DNA of 64,000 bases from Myxococcota bacterium (GTDB lineage Bacteria > Myxococcota_A > Polyangia > Nannocystales > Nannocystaceae). The notes beneath the pieces were generated by a model. That model made no database searches. It was given only the letters and a program-made list of their open reading frames with translations, and was not told the DNA's origin. Where the stretch lies: assembly GCA_039028615.1 (NCBI GenBank), contig JBCCHT010000028.1, positions 1-64,000 on the forward strand, given 5' to 3'. Of the stretch, positions 1 through 10,369 are shown one piece after another; the first letter of the stretch is position 1, and each line of letters starts with the position of its first letter. A program made the translations under genes and the position numbers.

Positions 1-424
1 GCACGCCAAGCTCGCCGTCCGCGACTTCATCCGCACGCTCAATCGCGAGCACGGCACCACCGTCATCCTGACCACCCACGACATGGACGACATCGAGGCG
101 CTGTGCACCCGGGTCTTGGTGATCGACAAGGGGTTGATCTCCTGCGACGGCGACCTGCCCTCGCTGCGGGCCCGCGTCGGCGGACAGCGGCGCATCACCG
201 TCGACCTCGCGCACCAAGGGCCGGTGGAGGTCGAAGGCGCCACCGTAGTCGAGCGCGAAGGACACCGGGTGGTGCTGGACTTCGATCCCGAGCGCACGCC
301 CCCGGCAGCCCTCGTCGCCCGGCTCACCGAGCGCTACGCCGTCCGGGACCTGCTGATCGAAAACCCGCCCATCGAAGAGATCGTGACCCGGCTGTACGAC
401 GACGTGAAGGGCGGCGACGGATGA
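1..424 (+). CDS. ABC transporter ATP-binding protein, C-terminal part (5' truncated by window edge)
   Basis: Frame from nt 2 reads HAKLAVRDFIRTLNREHGTTVILTTHDMDDIEALC (H-loop TTHDM); directly upstream of two ABC-2 permeases. Confidence 0.9.
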   Translation, partial: HAKLAVRDFIRTLNREHGTTVILTTHDMDDIEALCTRVLVIDKGLISCDGDLPSLRARVGGQRRITVDLAHQGPVEVEGATVVEREGHRVVLDFDPERTPPAALVARLTERYAVRDLLIENPPIEEIVTRLYDDVKGGDG

Positions 425-1212
425 GGGCCTACCGCGCCACCTTCAGCGCCAAGTTCCGAGCTCTGCTCCAGTACCGCGCCGCGGCGGCGGCCGGGCTCGC
501 GACGCAGGCCTTCTTCGGCCTGCTGCGCATCATGATCTTCACGGCCTTCTACGCGTCGGCCTCGGGCCCGCAGCCCATGACCCTGCCCGACGTGGTCACC
601 TACGTCTGGCTGAGCCAGGGCCTGCTGATGCTGCTGCCGTGGCGGCCGGACGCCGACGTCGAGCAGCTCATCCGCAACGGCAACGTGGCCTACGAGCTTC
701 TGCGACCGGTGGACCTGTATGGCCTGTGGTTTTCGCGGGCGCTGGCGGTGCGCACCGCTCCCGTGCTGCTGCGGTGCGTGCCCATGTTCGTCATCGCGGC
801 GCTGTGGTTCGACATGGGCGCCCCGGCCAGCGTCGCCTCGGGCCTGGCCTTCACCGTCTCGCTCATCGCCACCGCAGCGCTGGCCGCTGCCCTCACCACC
901 CTGCTGTCGATCTCGATCTTGGTGACCATCTCCGGCCGCGGCGTGCATGTGCTGACCATCTCGGTGGTGAACCTGTTCTCCGGGGTCATCGTGCCGCTGC
1001 CCCTGCTGCCGGACTGGATCCAGCCGCTGGTCGCCTTCCTGCCCTTCCGCGGCCTGCTCGACACCCCCTTTCGACTCTACCTGGGGCACCTGCCGCCATC
1101 GGCGATCTGGGTCGCGGTGGGGCACCAGGTGCTGTGGACCGCCATGCTGGTGCTGGCCGGACGCATGATCCTGTCCCGAGCGCTGCGCCGAATCGTGGTG
1201 CAGGGAGGCTGA
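421..1212 (+). CDS. ABC-2 family permease (DUF990-like)
   Basis: ATG at 421 overlaps upstream TGA (ATGA); hydrophobic; motifs LQYR, GNVAYELLRP, FSGVIVPL, C-terminal VQGG. Confidence 0.88.
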   Translation: MRAYRATFSAKFRALLQYRAAAAAGLATQAFFGLLRIMIFTAFYASASGPQPMTLPDVVTYVWLSQGLLMLLPWRPDADVEQLIRNGNVAYELLRPVDLYGLWFSRALAVRTAPVLLRCVPMFVIAALWFDMGAPASVASGLAFTVSLIATAALAAALTTLLSISILVTISGRGVHVLTISVVNLFSGVIVPLPLLPDWIQPLVAFLPFRGLLDTPFRLYLGHLPPSAIWVAVGHQVLWTAMLVLAGRMILSRALRRIVVQGG

Positions 1213-1215
1213 GCG

Positions 1216-2013
1216 ATGGAGACGCTACGCCTGTACCTGCGCTACATCGGGGCCTCGGCCCGCAGCCAGCTGCAATACCCCGCTTCGGTGATCATGTACG
1301 CGCTCGGCCACCTGCTCGTGACCGGCGTCGAGTTCTTCGGGCTGTGGGCGCTCATCGACCGCTTCGGGGCCATTCGCGGCTTCGGCCTGGCCGAGGTCTC
1401 GCTGCTCTACGGCATGGCCAACGTCTCGTTCGCCGTCGCCGAGACGGCCGGGCGCGGCTTCAAGGATTTCGGCGTGATGGTCAAGAGCGGCGACTTCGAT
1501 CGCCTGCTGCTGCGCCCGCGGGGCACCGCCTTTCAGGTCGCCGCCCAGCAGATCCAGCTCGTCCGCATCGGTCGTCTGATCCAGGGCCTGGCCGTGCTCG
1601 CCTATGCCTTCACCGCGCTGGACCTGTGGAGCACGCCGCTCGAGTTCGGGCTCGCGGCGATGGCCATGGTCGGGGGCGCCTGCACCTTCCTCGGCCTGTT
1701 CGTCCTGCAGGCCACGCTGGCGTTCTGGACGGTGGAGAGCCTCGAGGTGTTCGCCATGCTCACGTACGGCGGCGTCGAGACCAGCCAGTACCCGCTGACG
1801 ATCTACTCCGCCGGCTTCCGCCGCTTCTTCACCTACGTGGTGCCGCTGGCCTTCCTCAACTACGTGCCCGGCCTGGTCATCATGGGTCGACCCGAGCGCT
1901 TCGGGCCCGACTGGCTCGCCTGGGCGTCCCCCTTGGTCGGCGTGGCGTTCCTGTTCGTGTGCCTGAAGATCTGGCGACTCGGCGAGCGCCACTATCGATC
2001 GACGGGCAGCTGA
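1216..2013 (+). CDS. ABC-2 family permease (DUF990-like), second subunit
   Basis: Motifs SQLQYP, GDFDRLLLRP, QYPLTIY, C-terminal YRSTGS. Confidence 0.88.
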   Translation: METLRLYLRYIGASARSQLQYPASVIMYALGHLLVTGVEFFGLWALIDRFGAIRGFGLAEVSLLYGMANVSFAVAETAGRGFKDFGVMVKSGDFDRLLLRPRGTAFQVAAQQIQLVRIGRLIQGLAVLAYAFTALDLWSTPLEFGLAAMAMVGGACTFLGLFVLQATLAFWTVESLEVFAMLTYGGVETSQYPLTIYSAGFRRFFTYVVPLAFLNYVPGLVIMGRPERFGPDWLAWASPLVGVAFLFVCLKIWRLGERHYRSTGS

Positions 2014-2816
2014 AACCGGGCGGGCTGGTGCCCCGCGTGCAGCATCGAGGACTGCGCGTCGATGTGCAGCACGGGCGATTCCACCGGCTCCCAGCGCGGC
2101 GGAGGCTCGGCGCACGAGAACGTGCCGTGGGTGGAAAAGGGCAGGCCCTTGTCCGGGTCGATCATCACCGTCGCTCGCGAGTCGCCCACCACCAGCACGC
2201 CGTCGTCGGTCAGTCCGCCGCGCAGCCACAGGTTGGTGTGGCGCACATCGGCGCGGGTCAGCCAAGGATCGAAGCACTGGTCGAGCCACGCCACCGTCTC
2301 CGGCTGCAGCGGATGCGCCTGGCCGTCGACGATGACCGCCCCCCGCGTGGTCATGGCCGGCTCGGTCGCCGCATCCAGCACGTCGCGGGCTTCGGTGCTG
2401 CGAGGGAACGCGCCGTCGTAGGAGCCCGGCATCGGGCCGAACGCGGCGGCCATGGTGCGCACGCCCAGCGTCGACGACCAGCGCCAGACCCACTCGTGGC
2501 CGGATCCCTTGGCCTGCGCCTCGCTCAGCGGTGCGCGCGACTGGGGATCGAGGCCGGCCGTGTCCGTGGAAGGATTCCCCGGAGAGGCGATGGTCGCCGT
2601 CCCGGCGAAGTACATGGCCGCGCCCGCCAGGCAAGCCACGCCGAACGGCGATGCGCCCGCCGCCAGCGCGGCCAGGCCAAAACGGCGCTGGAGCAGGGCG
2701 TGAACGACCACGACCAGCACGAACGCCAGTGCAAATACGGAAAACACCGACAACACGGCAGCCGGCCACGCCAAAGCGAGCAGGAGCACGTACCACGACG
2801 GATAGCGAAGGCGCAT
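1992..2816 (-). CDS. hypothetical membrane protein
   Basis: MRLRYPSWYVLLLALAW..., 2-3 N-terminal hydrophobic helices; start chosen at internal ATG 2816. Confidence 0.55.
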   Translation of the reverse strand: MRLRYPSWYVLLLALAWPAAVLSVFSVFALAFVLVVVVHALLQRRFGLAALAAGASPFGVACLAGAAMYFAGTATIASPGNPSTDTAGLDPQSRAPLSEAQAKGSGHEWVWRWSSTLGVRTMAAAFGPMPGSYDGAFPRSTEARDVLDAATEPAMTTRGAVIVDGQAHPLQPETVAWLDQCFDPWLTRADVRHTNLWLRGGLTDDGVLVVGDSRATVMIDPDKGLPFSTHGTFSCAEPPPRWEPVESPVLHIDAQSSMLHAGHQPARFQLPVDR

Positions 2817-3066
2817 CGCCCCGTAGATAAAGCAACCGGTGTGCCACCTCGTGCCGGACCGCGCGCCACCGTGGCAAAGCGACACAGTCCAGCCCGAACT
2901 TCAGCCCACCGTCTCGAGGGCCACCGTGTGTACAACGGACTCCGACACCGACTCCATGGTCTCCCCCACACGTCGTGATGCGTTCCACGACAAAGCGCGC
3001 GATCGGTCGTTAGGATCGACAGTTCGAGCCGAACGTGGGTCGATGTAGTTCGCTTCGACGAGGTGG

Positions 3067-4365
3067 CTACGGTAGCCAGCCTCGCCCCAGCTCGACGTCG
3101 GGGATCGAGCACTCGTCGCCCGCACAGAGCACGGGACGCAATGCCACCAACGCCTGCACCAACGCCTCCGTGGTGATCTCGTCGCGCGGCACGATCGTCA
3201 CGCGGGGCGACGCGGACAGGGCATCGCGGTGTGCATCGAGCTTCGCGATCAGGCTCGCCGCCGCATGGTCTTCGGTGCGAACGGGCGCCGCCTCGGGAGA
3301 TTCAGCCGCCGTCAGCATGAAGCCGCGGTCGTCGATCTCGACGGTCACGGTGGGTGTCTCCGATCGTCGCTCGCCGGCCCGCACGACGCGAAGCGGCGCC
3401 ATGGCGTACTGATAGACGCCGGTCTCCGCCACCACGCCCACGCGCTCGAGGCCCGCCTCCGCGACCGTGTGCAGGACGTCGGCCAGGGTCACGAAGGGCA
3501 CGCGTCCGTCGACGATCAGCGTGAGGCCGACGTCGTCGGGACGGTTGTTCATCGAGCCCAGCGCCGCGTGCATGCGACCGATGCGATGGTCGGTGACCTC
3601 ACTCGGGGCGAGCCGCCCCTGGTCGAGCCGCGCCAGGTTCTCGGTGCCGACCCGCAAGGCATCCATCGAGACTTCGACCTTCGACCAGCGGGGCACGGGG
3701 TCGAGCGTCGTGCTCACCCGGGGCACCTCGATCCCCGCATCGCGCCGCACCGCGGATCGATGGCGACGGTCGAGCAGCTCCAGCGCCCGGGCAATGGTGC
3801 GAGCGGCGTCCCCCTCGACACCTTGGTCGACCAGCCACTGGAACAGGATGAAGGGCAGCGGCGACGCCGAAGCCCGCGCGGCAAAGACTTCGCGCTCGAC
3901 GATGTCGTAGCGCCCGAAGTTGCAGCCGTCGAAGAGCTTGGCCGCCCGCCCCTCTTGCTCGGAGTGCGCGATGGAGGTCACCACCTCGTGCGAGCCGGGA
4001 CAGGCCCGCTCGTAGGCCTGCTTCCACTCCGAGGGATCCGGGCGAGGCGGCGCTTGTTCACCCCCGCCCGCAAAGCCTGTCGCCACCGCGAGCTTGAGCG
4101 TCGCGAAGCTCGGCAGCGTGCACGCCTTGCCCAGCTCGAGCGCCACTCGTTGGGCACGTGCCCGCGGCTCCGTCTCCTCCAGGGTCCGAGCCAGCGTCGC
4201 CACGCGCTCGATCCGACACGCCCCGGACGTCGAGTCGTCCGCCGTCTTCGTCTCGTCGGCGGAGCCCTCGGTTCTCTTGGCAGTCGGGCGTGGCCCGGCG
4301 GGCGCTTCGCCCGGAGAACATCCCGCCGCCAGAAGGCTCGCCACGAGGACCGCGTGCAACCGCAT
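3067..4365 (-). CDS. lipoprotein with C-terminal ExbD/TolR-like domain(s)
   Basis: Lipobox LAAGC after MRLHAVLVAS; LIVDGRVPFVTLADVLHTVAEAGLERVGV and VTIVPRDEITTEALVQAL resemble the ExbD periplasmic motif. Confidence 0.65.
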   Translation of the reverse strand: MRLHAVLVASLLAAGCSPGEAPAGPRPTAKRTEGSADETKTADDSTSGACRIERVATLARTLEETEPRARAQRVALELGKACTLPSFATLKLAVATGFAGGGEQAPPRPDPSEWKQAYERACPGSHEVVTSIAHSEQEGRAAKLFDGCNFGRYDIVEREVFAARASASPLPFILFQWLVDQGVEGDAARTIARALELLDRRHRSAVRRDAGIEVPRVSTTLDPVPRWSKVEVSMDALRVGTENLARLDQGRLAPSEVTDHRIGRMHAALGSMNNRPDDVGLTLIVDGRVPFVTLADVLHTVAEAGLERVGVVAETGVYQYAMAPLRVVRAGERRSETPTVTVEIDDRGFMLTAAESPEAAPVRTEDHAAASLIAKLDAHRDALSASPRVTIVPRDEITTEALVQALVALRPVLCAGDECSIPDVELGRGWLP

Positions 4366-4382
4366 GGCCCGCAGTGTAACGG

Positions 4383-5459
<1,077 letters not shown>

Positions 5460-5505
5460 GCGGCCGACTGTATCGGCTCGCCCCCGCCTGTCACCAGCCC
5501 GGCCC

Positions 5506-7077
5506 CTACTCGACCGGGGTCACCGCTTCCTGGATGAGCCCGGTGAGGCAGCGAATGGCCGGGCTGAAGTCGTCGCCGCAGATCGACTCGACACAGCAGC
5601 GAATCCGCGTCTCGTCGATGCCGCGGGTGGTGGGGTCGTCGGGCGTGTTGAGGCTCTCGCAGACCTCGCGAATCCGCACCGGGGGGATCGCCTGCCCGGT
5701 ATAGGTACCCGAGCCCGGGTCGTAACCCGTGCACCCCGGGCCCACGCCGAACTCGAACTCCTTGTTCACCGCCCGCACGCCCTGGTCCCACTCGTCGGGC
5801 AGGATGTCGCCGCCCGAGGGCACGTCCGGATCCCGCCACGTGCGATACACCAGCGCCTCGAGCCCGCCCGCGATGGGCTGATGCGGCGGCGCCTTGGCGT
5901 GCTCGGTGACCTCGGGGACGCCCAGCACCCCAAGCATGATCACCTCGCGCCCCTGCCCGCCCAGCGCCGCGAGCAGGTTGGTGTAGCGCGACAAGGGCTG
6001 TAGCACCGCGTCGGAATCGGCGACGCCCACGTCCCCCGCGCTGCCCTTGTTGGCCGAGGTGCACCCCGAGTACGCGCCCGTGCGGGGATCGTGGTCGGTG
6101 CAGATGACCCCCGCGTTCCAGCAGATCGCCGAGCTCGACATCGGACCGCCGACCGCGGGCTCGACCTCCATGAAGGTCTCGCTCTCCATGATGGTGAAAT
6201 CCTTGACCGAGCAGTCGGCTTCGTCGGTGATGAGCGCGATGGCCAGCACCGCTCCCGGCCGCAGAAAGGGCGCGGTGATCCAGTCCCAGTCGGGATCGGT
6301 GCACGCCTCGGGGTCGTTCCAGCACGCCCCGGGGTTGAGCGCCTGCAGCATGCTCTCGAGCGGCGCCTCGAAGCCGCACCCGTCGATGCCCTGCGGGCCG
6401 ATGCACGCCAAGGCATCGGACGGCGTGCCGCCCACCACGTTGTGGTTGCCATCGGCATCGAAGTGAATGAACTGATCGGCGGGCGCAGCCGGGGCCGCGG
6501 GATCGCAGACATCCAGGCACGCCTCTTCGATGACCAACGGATCGGGGCCAAAGCCGGTGAAGCGGCTCAGCCGTTGCGTGCACGGGCTCGAGATCGGCGA
6601 GCCCTTGGCCGGCTCGTAGTCGCGATGCACCCACGCGCCCTGGCACAGCGGATTGTCGAAGTCGGTCGTCGTCACCATGATGTTGACGTCGGCCCCGACC
6701 GGCTCGCCCCGCTGGTTCTCCAGGGTCTGGAGCTGCTCGATGAGCATGGGAAAGTTGGACGCGAGGTTCAGCTGCTCCTCGCCCATCGTCCCCGAGTTGT
6801 CGATCACGAAGAGCAGGTCGATCTTGTCGTTGCAGATGTCGAGCCCGTCGGGACCGATGCACGGCGAGACTGGACCGGTGTCGTCGAGCCCGCCCGAGCT
6901 TTCGTCGGTGCCGCTGCTGCCTCCCGTGCTCCCGACGGTGGTGGGGTCGAGGCTGCCCACGCTGGTGGCCGAGGTCGGCTCTGCGCCCAGGATCAGGCCC
7001 GGGTCCGCGCACCCCGCGGCCAACGCCAGCGGAATGAGCGCACATCCACCTACCAAAGCGCGGGTTCGCAAAAACAC
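5506..7077 (-). CDS. myxobacterial vWA-domain lipoprotein, Cys-rich
   Basis: Lipobox LAAGC, S/T/G/D linker, MIDAS-like DLLFVIDNSGTM, GCGFEAPLE, ITDEADCS. Confidence 0.75.
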   Translation of the reverse strand: MFLRTRALVGGCALIPLALAAGCADPGLILGAEPTSATSVGSLDPTTVGSTGGSSGTDESSGGLDDTGPVSPCIGPDGLDICNDKIDLLFVIDNSGTMGEEQLNLASNFPMLIEQLQTLENQRGEPVGADVNIMVTTTDFDNPLCQGAWVHRDYEPAKGSPISSPCTQRLSRFTGFGPDPLVIEEACLDVCDPAAPAAPADQFIHFDADGNHNVVGGTPSDALACIGPQGIDGCGFEAPLESMLQALNPGACWNDPEACTDPDWDWITAPFLRPGAVLAIALITDEADCSVKDFTIMESETFMEVEPAVGGPMSSSAICWNAGVICTDHDPRTGAYSGCTSANKGSAGDVGVADSDAVLQPLSRYTNLLAALGGQGREVIMLGVLGVPEVTEHAKAPPHQPIAGGLEALVYRTWRDPDVPSGGDILPDEWDQGVRAVNKEFEFGVGPGCTGYDPGSGTYTGQAIPPVRIREVCESLNTPDDPTTRGIDETRIRCCVESICGDDFSPAIRCLTGLIQEAVTPVE

Positions 7078-7116
7078 TTGAGCCGATCCGTGCCCCTTCG
7101 GCGATCATTATGCACG

Positions 7117-7680
7117 GTGACCGCTGTGGCCCAAGCGCGCCCACTCCTCGGAGTCGAGGATTCCGACGAAGTCCTGGTCGAGCGCGTAATACGCGGCGAC
7201 ACCCAGGCCTTTCGCATGCTCTACGGGCGACACAGCCGCTACGTCGCCGGGGTGGTCTTTCGGCTGATGGGCAACGACGCCGAGCTCGAGGACATCGTGC
7301 AGGACACCTTCGTCCGGGCCAACGAGCGCCTCGACTCGCTCCGCGACCGCGGCCAGGTGCGCTCGTGGCTGGTGACCATCGCGGTGCGCCTGGCTCAGTC
7401 GAAGATGACCCGACGCCGCCGGCGAAGCTGGCTGCGCCGCCAGATCATGCCCGCCGCGCCCACCGTCTCGGACCCCCGCGACCGGGCGCCCGCCGACGAG
7501 CTCTACTCGGCGCTCGACCAGATCCCCGACAAGCTGCGGACCCCGTGGATCCTCTCCCGGGTCGAGGGACTCAAGCTCGAGGAGGTCGCGTGCAGCTGCG
7601 ACGTCTCGCTCGCCACCGTCAAGCGGCGCATCGCCGACGCACAGACCCGGCTCGACCGGCGATTGGGGGACTCGGCATGA
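7117..7680 (+). CDS. ECF RNA polymerase sigma factor
   Basis: SDEVLV..GDTQAF, EDIVQDTF, SWLVTIA (region 2); EGLKLEEVA..VSLATVKRRI (region 4); GTG start inferred. Confidence 0.9.
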   Translation: MTAVAQARPLLGVEDSDEVLVERVIRGDTQAFRMLYGRHSRYVAGVVFRLMGNDAELEDIVQDTFVRANERLDSLRDRGQVRSWLVTIAVRLAQSKMTRRRRRSWLRRQIMPAAPTVSDPRDRAPADELYSALDQIPDKLRTPWILSRVEGLKLEEVACSCDVSLATVKRRIADAQTRLDRRLGDSA

Positions 7681-8777
7681 CCGATCGACACGCCCGTGAC
7701 CTCGCGGCCCGCCCCGTGCCTTGGGACGACATCCGTCAGCGCCGCGTCTTGGGGCGCATCGAGGCCACCCTGGCCGAGACGCGCTCGAGCACCGCGGCCC
7801 CGACCAAGTCCCGCCGACGCGGGCCGATCCTCGGCGCGGGGCTCGGTCTCGCCGTCGCGGCCGCGGCTGCCATCGCGCTGGTCGTGCTGCCGAGCGCCCC
7901 GGTCGAGGAAGCCATCGAGTTCCCCGCCGTGACGGAGTCGCTCGCGGTCGCCCCCGTGCCTTCCATTCCCTTCGCGTCCTGGCCCGAGCTGCGCCTGCCC
8001 GACGACTCGGTCGCCCAGCTCCGCCACGGGGCGCGCGTGGACGTGCAGGTGCATACCGACGAGCTCGTCGAGCTCGCCCAGCACAGCGGTGAAGTCCGCT
8101 ACGAGGTCACCCCCAACCGCACGCGGGCCTTCGTCGTCGATGCGGCGGGCGTCGAGGTTCGCGTCGTCGGCACGATCTTCACGGTGACCCTGAGCGAGGG
8201 CGAGCCCGCTCGCGTCACGGTGCAGGTCGAGCGCGGCTTGGTCGAGGTCGACAACGGCACGCGGGTGGCCGAGCTCGGTCCCGGGGACTCGCTCGGGCTG
8301 GATGTCGACGACGTCGACGACGAGATCATCATGGTCGAGCCCGAGCCCGCCACGGAGCCCGCCACCGCGACCAAGCCCGCCTCGCCGCGCCCGGCTGCCC
8401 GCGTGCCGAGCATCGAGACCCTGCTCGACGACGCCGACTCGGCGCGAGCCGGCGGAGACCTGGCCCGCGGCGCCGCAGCGCTCCGCGAGCTCGTGCGGCA
8501 CTATCCCAAAGATCCCCGCGCCTACAGTGCGTTGTTCCAGCTCGGCAAGGTCGAGCGTGCCCGCGGTCGTCATGCCGCCGCCGCAGCCGCCTTCGCCCGC
8601 TGCTGGAAGCGCTCGCCCCGAGGGCCCTTGGCCGAGGACGCGCGCGCGGAGTCGGCCGTGTCGTGGCAGGCGGCCGGCCGCGCCGATCGGGCCCGCACCG
8701 CCGCCGAGGGCTACCTGAGCAAGTACCCCAGCGGGACGCACCGCGCCCGTATGCAGCCGTTGCTCGGGGCGCACTAG
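7677..8777 (+). CDS. FecR-domain anti-sigma factor with C-terminal TPR
   Basis: ATGA overlap with sigma; single TM helix; FecR motifs LPDDS, FVVDAAGVEVRVVGTIF, VERGLVEV; TPR-like ALFQLGKV..YLSKYPSG. Confidence 0.85.
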   Translation: MTDRHARDLAARPVPWDDIRQRRVLGRIEATLAETRSSTAAPTKSRRRGPILGAGLGLAVAAAAAIALVVLPSAPVEEAIEFPAVTESLAVAPVPSIPFASWPELRLPDDSVAQLRHGARVDVQVHTDELVELAQHSGEVRYEVTPNRTRAFVVDAAGVEVRVVGTIFTVTLSEGEPARVTVQVERGLVEVDNGTRVAELGPGDSLGLDVDDVDDEIIMVEPEPATEPATATKPASPRPAARVPSIETLLDDADSARAGGDLARGAAALRELVRHYPKDPRAYSALFQLGKVERARGRHAAAAAAFARCWKRSPRGPLAEDARAESAVSWQAAGRADRARTAAEGYLSKYPSGTHRARMQPLLGAH

Positions 8778-8809
8778 CGAGGTCCGGCGTGCGCCTGCGA
8801 CGATGAGCC

Positions 8810-9820
8810 GTGGGCGCCCTCGCCACGATGCTGCTGGCCGGCGCGATGCTCCAGGCCAGCCCGACCGAGCCGAACCCACGGGCTCGCGTCGTCGTGCAGA
8901 CCGAAGCCTGCGAAGGCCTCGCCGACGCCGAGGTGGGTCGGCTCCTCGACATCGAGCTCGCCACCGTCACCGCGGAGATCCGCGAGGGGCCGCCGCTGGA
9001 GGTCTCGCTGGTCTGCGAGGGCGCGCGGCTGACCATCACCGTCATCGATCCGCTCACCCGCAAGCGCCTGGCCCGGGACATCCCCGCGCCCGCCTCCGAG
9101 CCCGGGCGTGAGCGGGTCGTCGCCCTGGCGATCAGCCAGCTCTTCGCGGCTTCGTGGCTCGAGCTGCTCACCGCCGAGGTGCCACCGCCTCCGCCTCCCG
9201 ATGCACCCGAGCCCGCCCCCGATGCCGAAGCGGTGGAAGCGGCACGGCGCGTGGCCGAGAACGCGACCAGCTCCGACGCCGAGCCGCCGCCCGAACCTCC
9301 CCGCCCGGGCATCGAGCTTTTGGTGGGTGCGGGCGCCCGCGGACGCGCCCTCGAAACCACCGCTCGCCTGCCCGCCGTGCGCACCGAACTTCGCCTGCGC
9401 AGCTGGCTCCGCCCGGGCGTGGGCGTGCTCGCCATCGTCGGCTGGGACTTCGCGCAGGACACCCGCCGCCGCGGACGACTGCGGGGCCAGGCTCTGACCG
9501 CGGGGACCGGGCTCGCCTGGGCCTATCGCCCCGGCTCGATCGGCATCGGCGGAGCGGTGACCGTGGCCGGAGGCTGGGCCCGGGTCCGCGGCCTCCCCAG
9601 CGATCCCACCGTCCCCTCGGGGGCCCGGGACGACCTCACTGCCGAAGCAGGCGTCGGCATCGGCCCCCGCGTTCGCTACGGACGCCTGCGCTTCGACCTC
9701 GACGCCGAGATCGGAGCCATGCTGCGCTCGCCCGTCGGCGAAGTGACCGGCGAAGTCCCGATGTCCATGGGCGGGCTGTGGGCGGGCGCCGTCCTTCGCC
9801 TGGGCGGCGCCCTCCGGTAG
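8810..9820 (+). CDS. exported protein with putative C-terminal beta-barrel
   Basis: Signal-like N-terminus, Pro-rich linker, Gly-rich alternating beta-strands at C-terminus; third gene of the ECF-FecR unit. Confidence 0.6.
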   Translation: MGALATMLLAGAMLQASPTEPNPRARVVVQTEACEGLADAEVGRLLDIELATVTAEIREGPPLEVSLVCEGARLTITVIDPLTRKRLARDIPAPASEPGRERVVALAISQLFAASWLELLTAEVPPPPPPDAPEPAPDAEAVEAARRVAENATSSDAEPPPEPPRPGIELLVGAGARGRALETTARLPAVRTELRLRSWLRPGVGVLAIVGWDFAQDTRRRGRLRGQALTAGTGLAWAYRPGSIGIGGAVTVAGGWARVRGLPSDPTVPSGARDDLTAEAGVGIGPRVRYGRLRFDLDAEIGAMLRSPVGEVTGEVPMSMGGLWAGAVLRLGGALR

Positions 9821-9832
9821 TTCGCGAGGCGC

Positions 9833-10354
9833 TCAGACCCCGTCGTACTCGAGCGCGAGCAGGACCTCGTCCCCCTCGAGCGGCACCCCGTCGACCTCGG
9901 CCGTCGCCTCGATCCGTACCAGTCGACCGTCGACCGTGTCCGGCTCGGGGATGAACACGATCAGATCGTCGAAGGTGCGGTGCCCTTCGGTGTCTTGCAG
10001 CAGGTCGGGCTCGCGCAGGTGATCGATGCTCGCGACCTCGAGGTCGTCGTCCATCCGAATCATCCGCAACGAGATCAAACACTCGGCTTCGATCTCGTCG
10101 CCCACCAGCCGGCCGTCGACGAACACGTGGAATCCGCCCTGCAGTCCCTGCTCGATGGCCACCGGGCTCTCGGCCTCATAGGGCGCGAAGATCCGGCCGG
10201 TCGCCAGCTCACCCAGCTCGAGCGCCGTCTCGGGGGCAGGCTCGGGCAGCGGTTCTTCTGCGCAGCCCGTGGCCCAACCAATGACGAGGGGGACCGCCAT
10301 CATGGCGACCCCCCTTCGCATGCGACCTCGAGCACTCATGGCTGCGATTCGCAT
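9833..10354 (-). CDS. hypothetical lipoprotein
   Basis: Lipobox-like ATGC; QGLQGGFHVFV motif; acidic; start uncertain. Confidence 0.6.
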   Translation of the reverse strand: MRIAAMSARGRMRRGVAMMAVPLVIGWATGCAEEPLPEPAPETALELGELATGRIFAPYEAESPVAIEQGLQGGFHVFVDGRLVGDEIEAECLISLRMIRMDDDLEVASIDHLREPDLLQDTEGHRTFDDLIVFIPEPDTVDGRLVRIEATAEVDGVPLEGDEVLLALEYDGV

Positions 10355-10369
10355 GATAGCACCGCGGGA

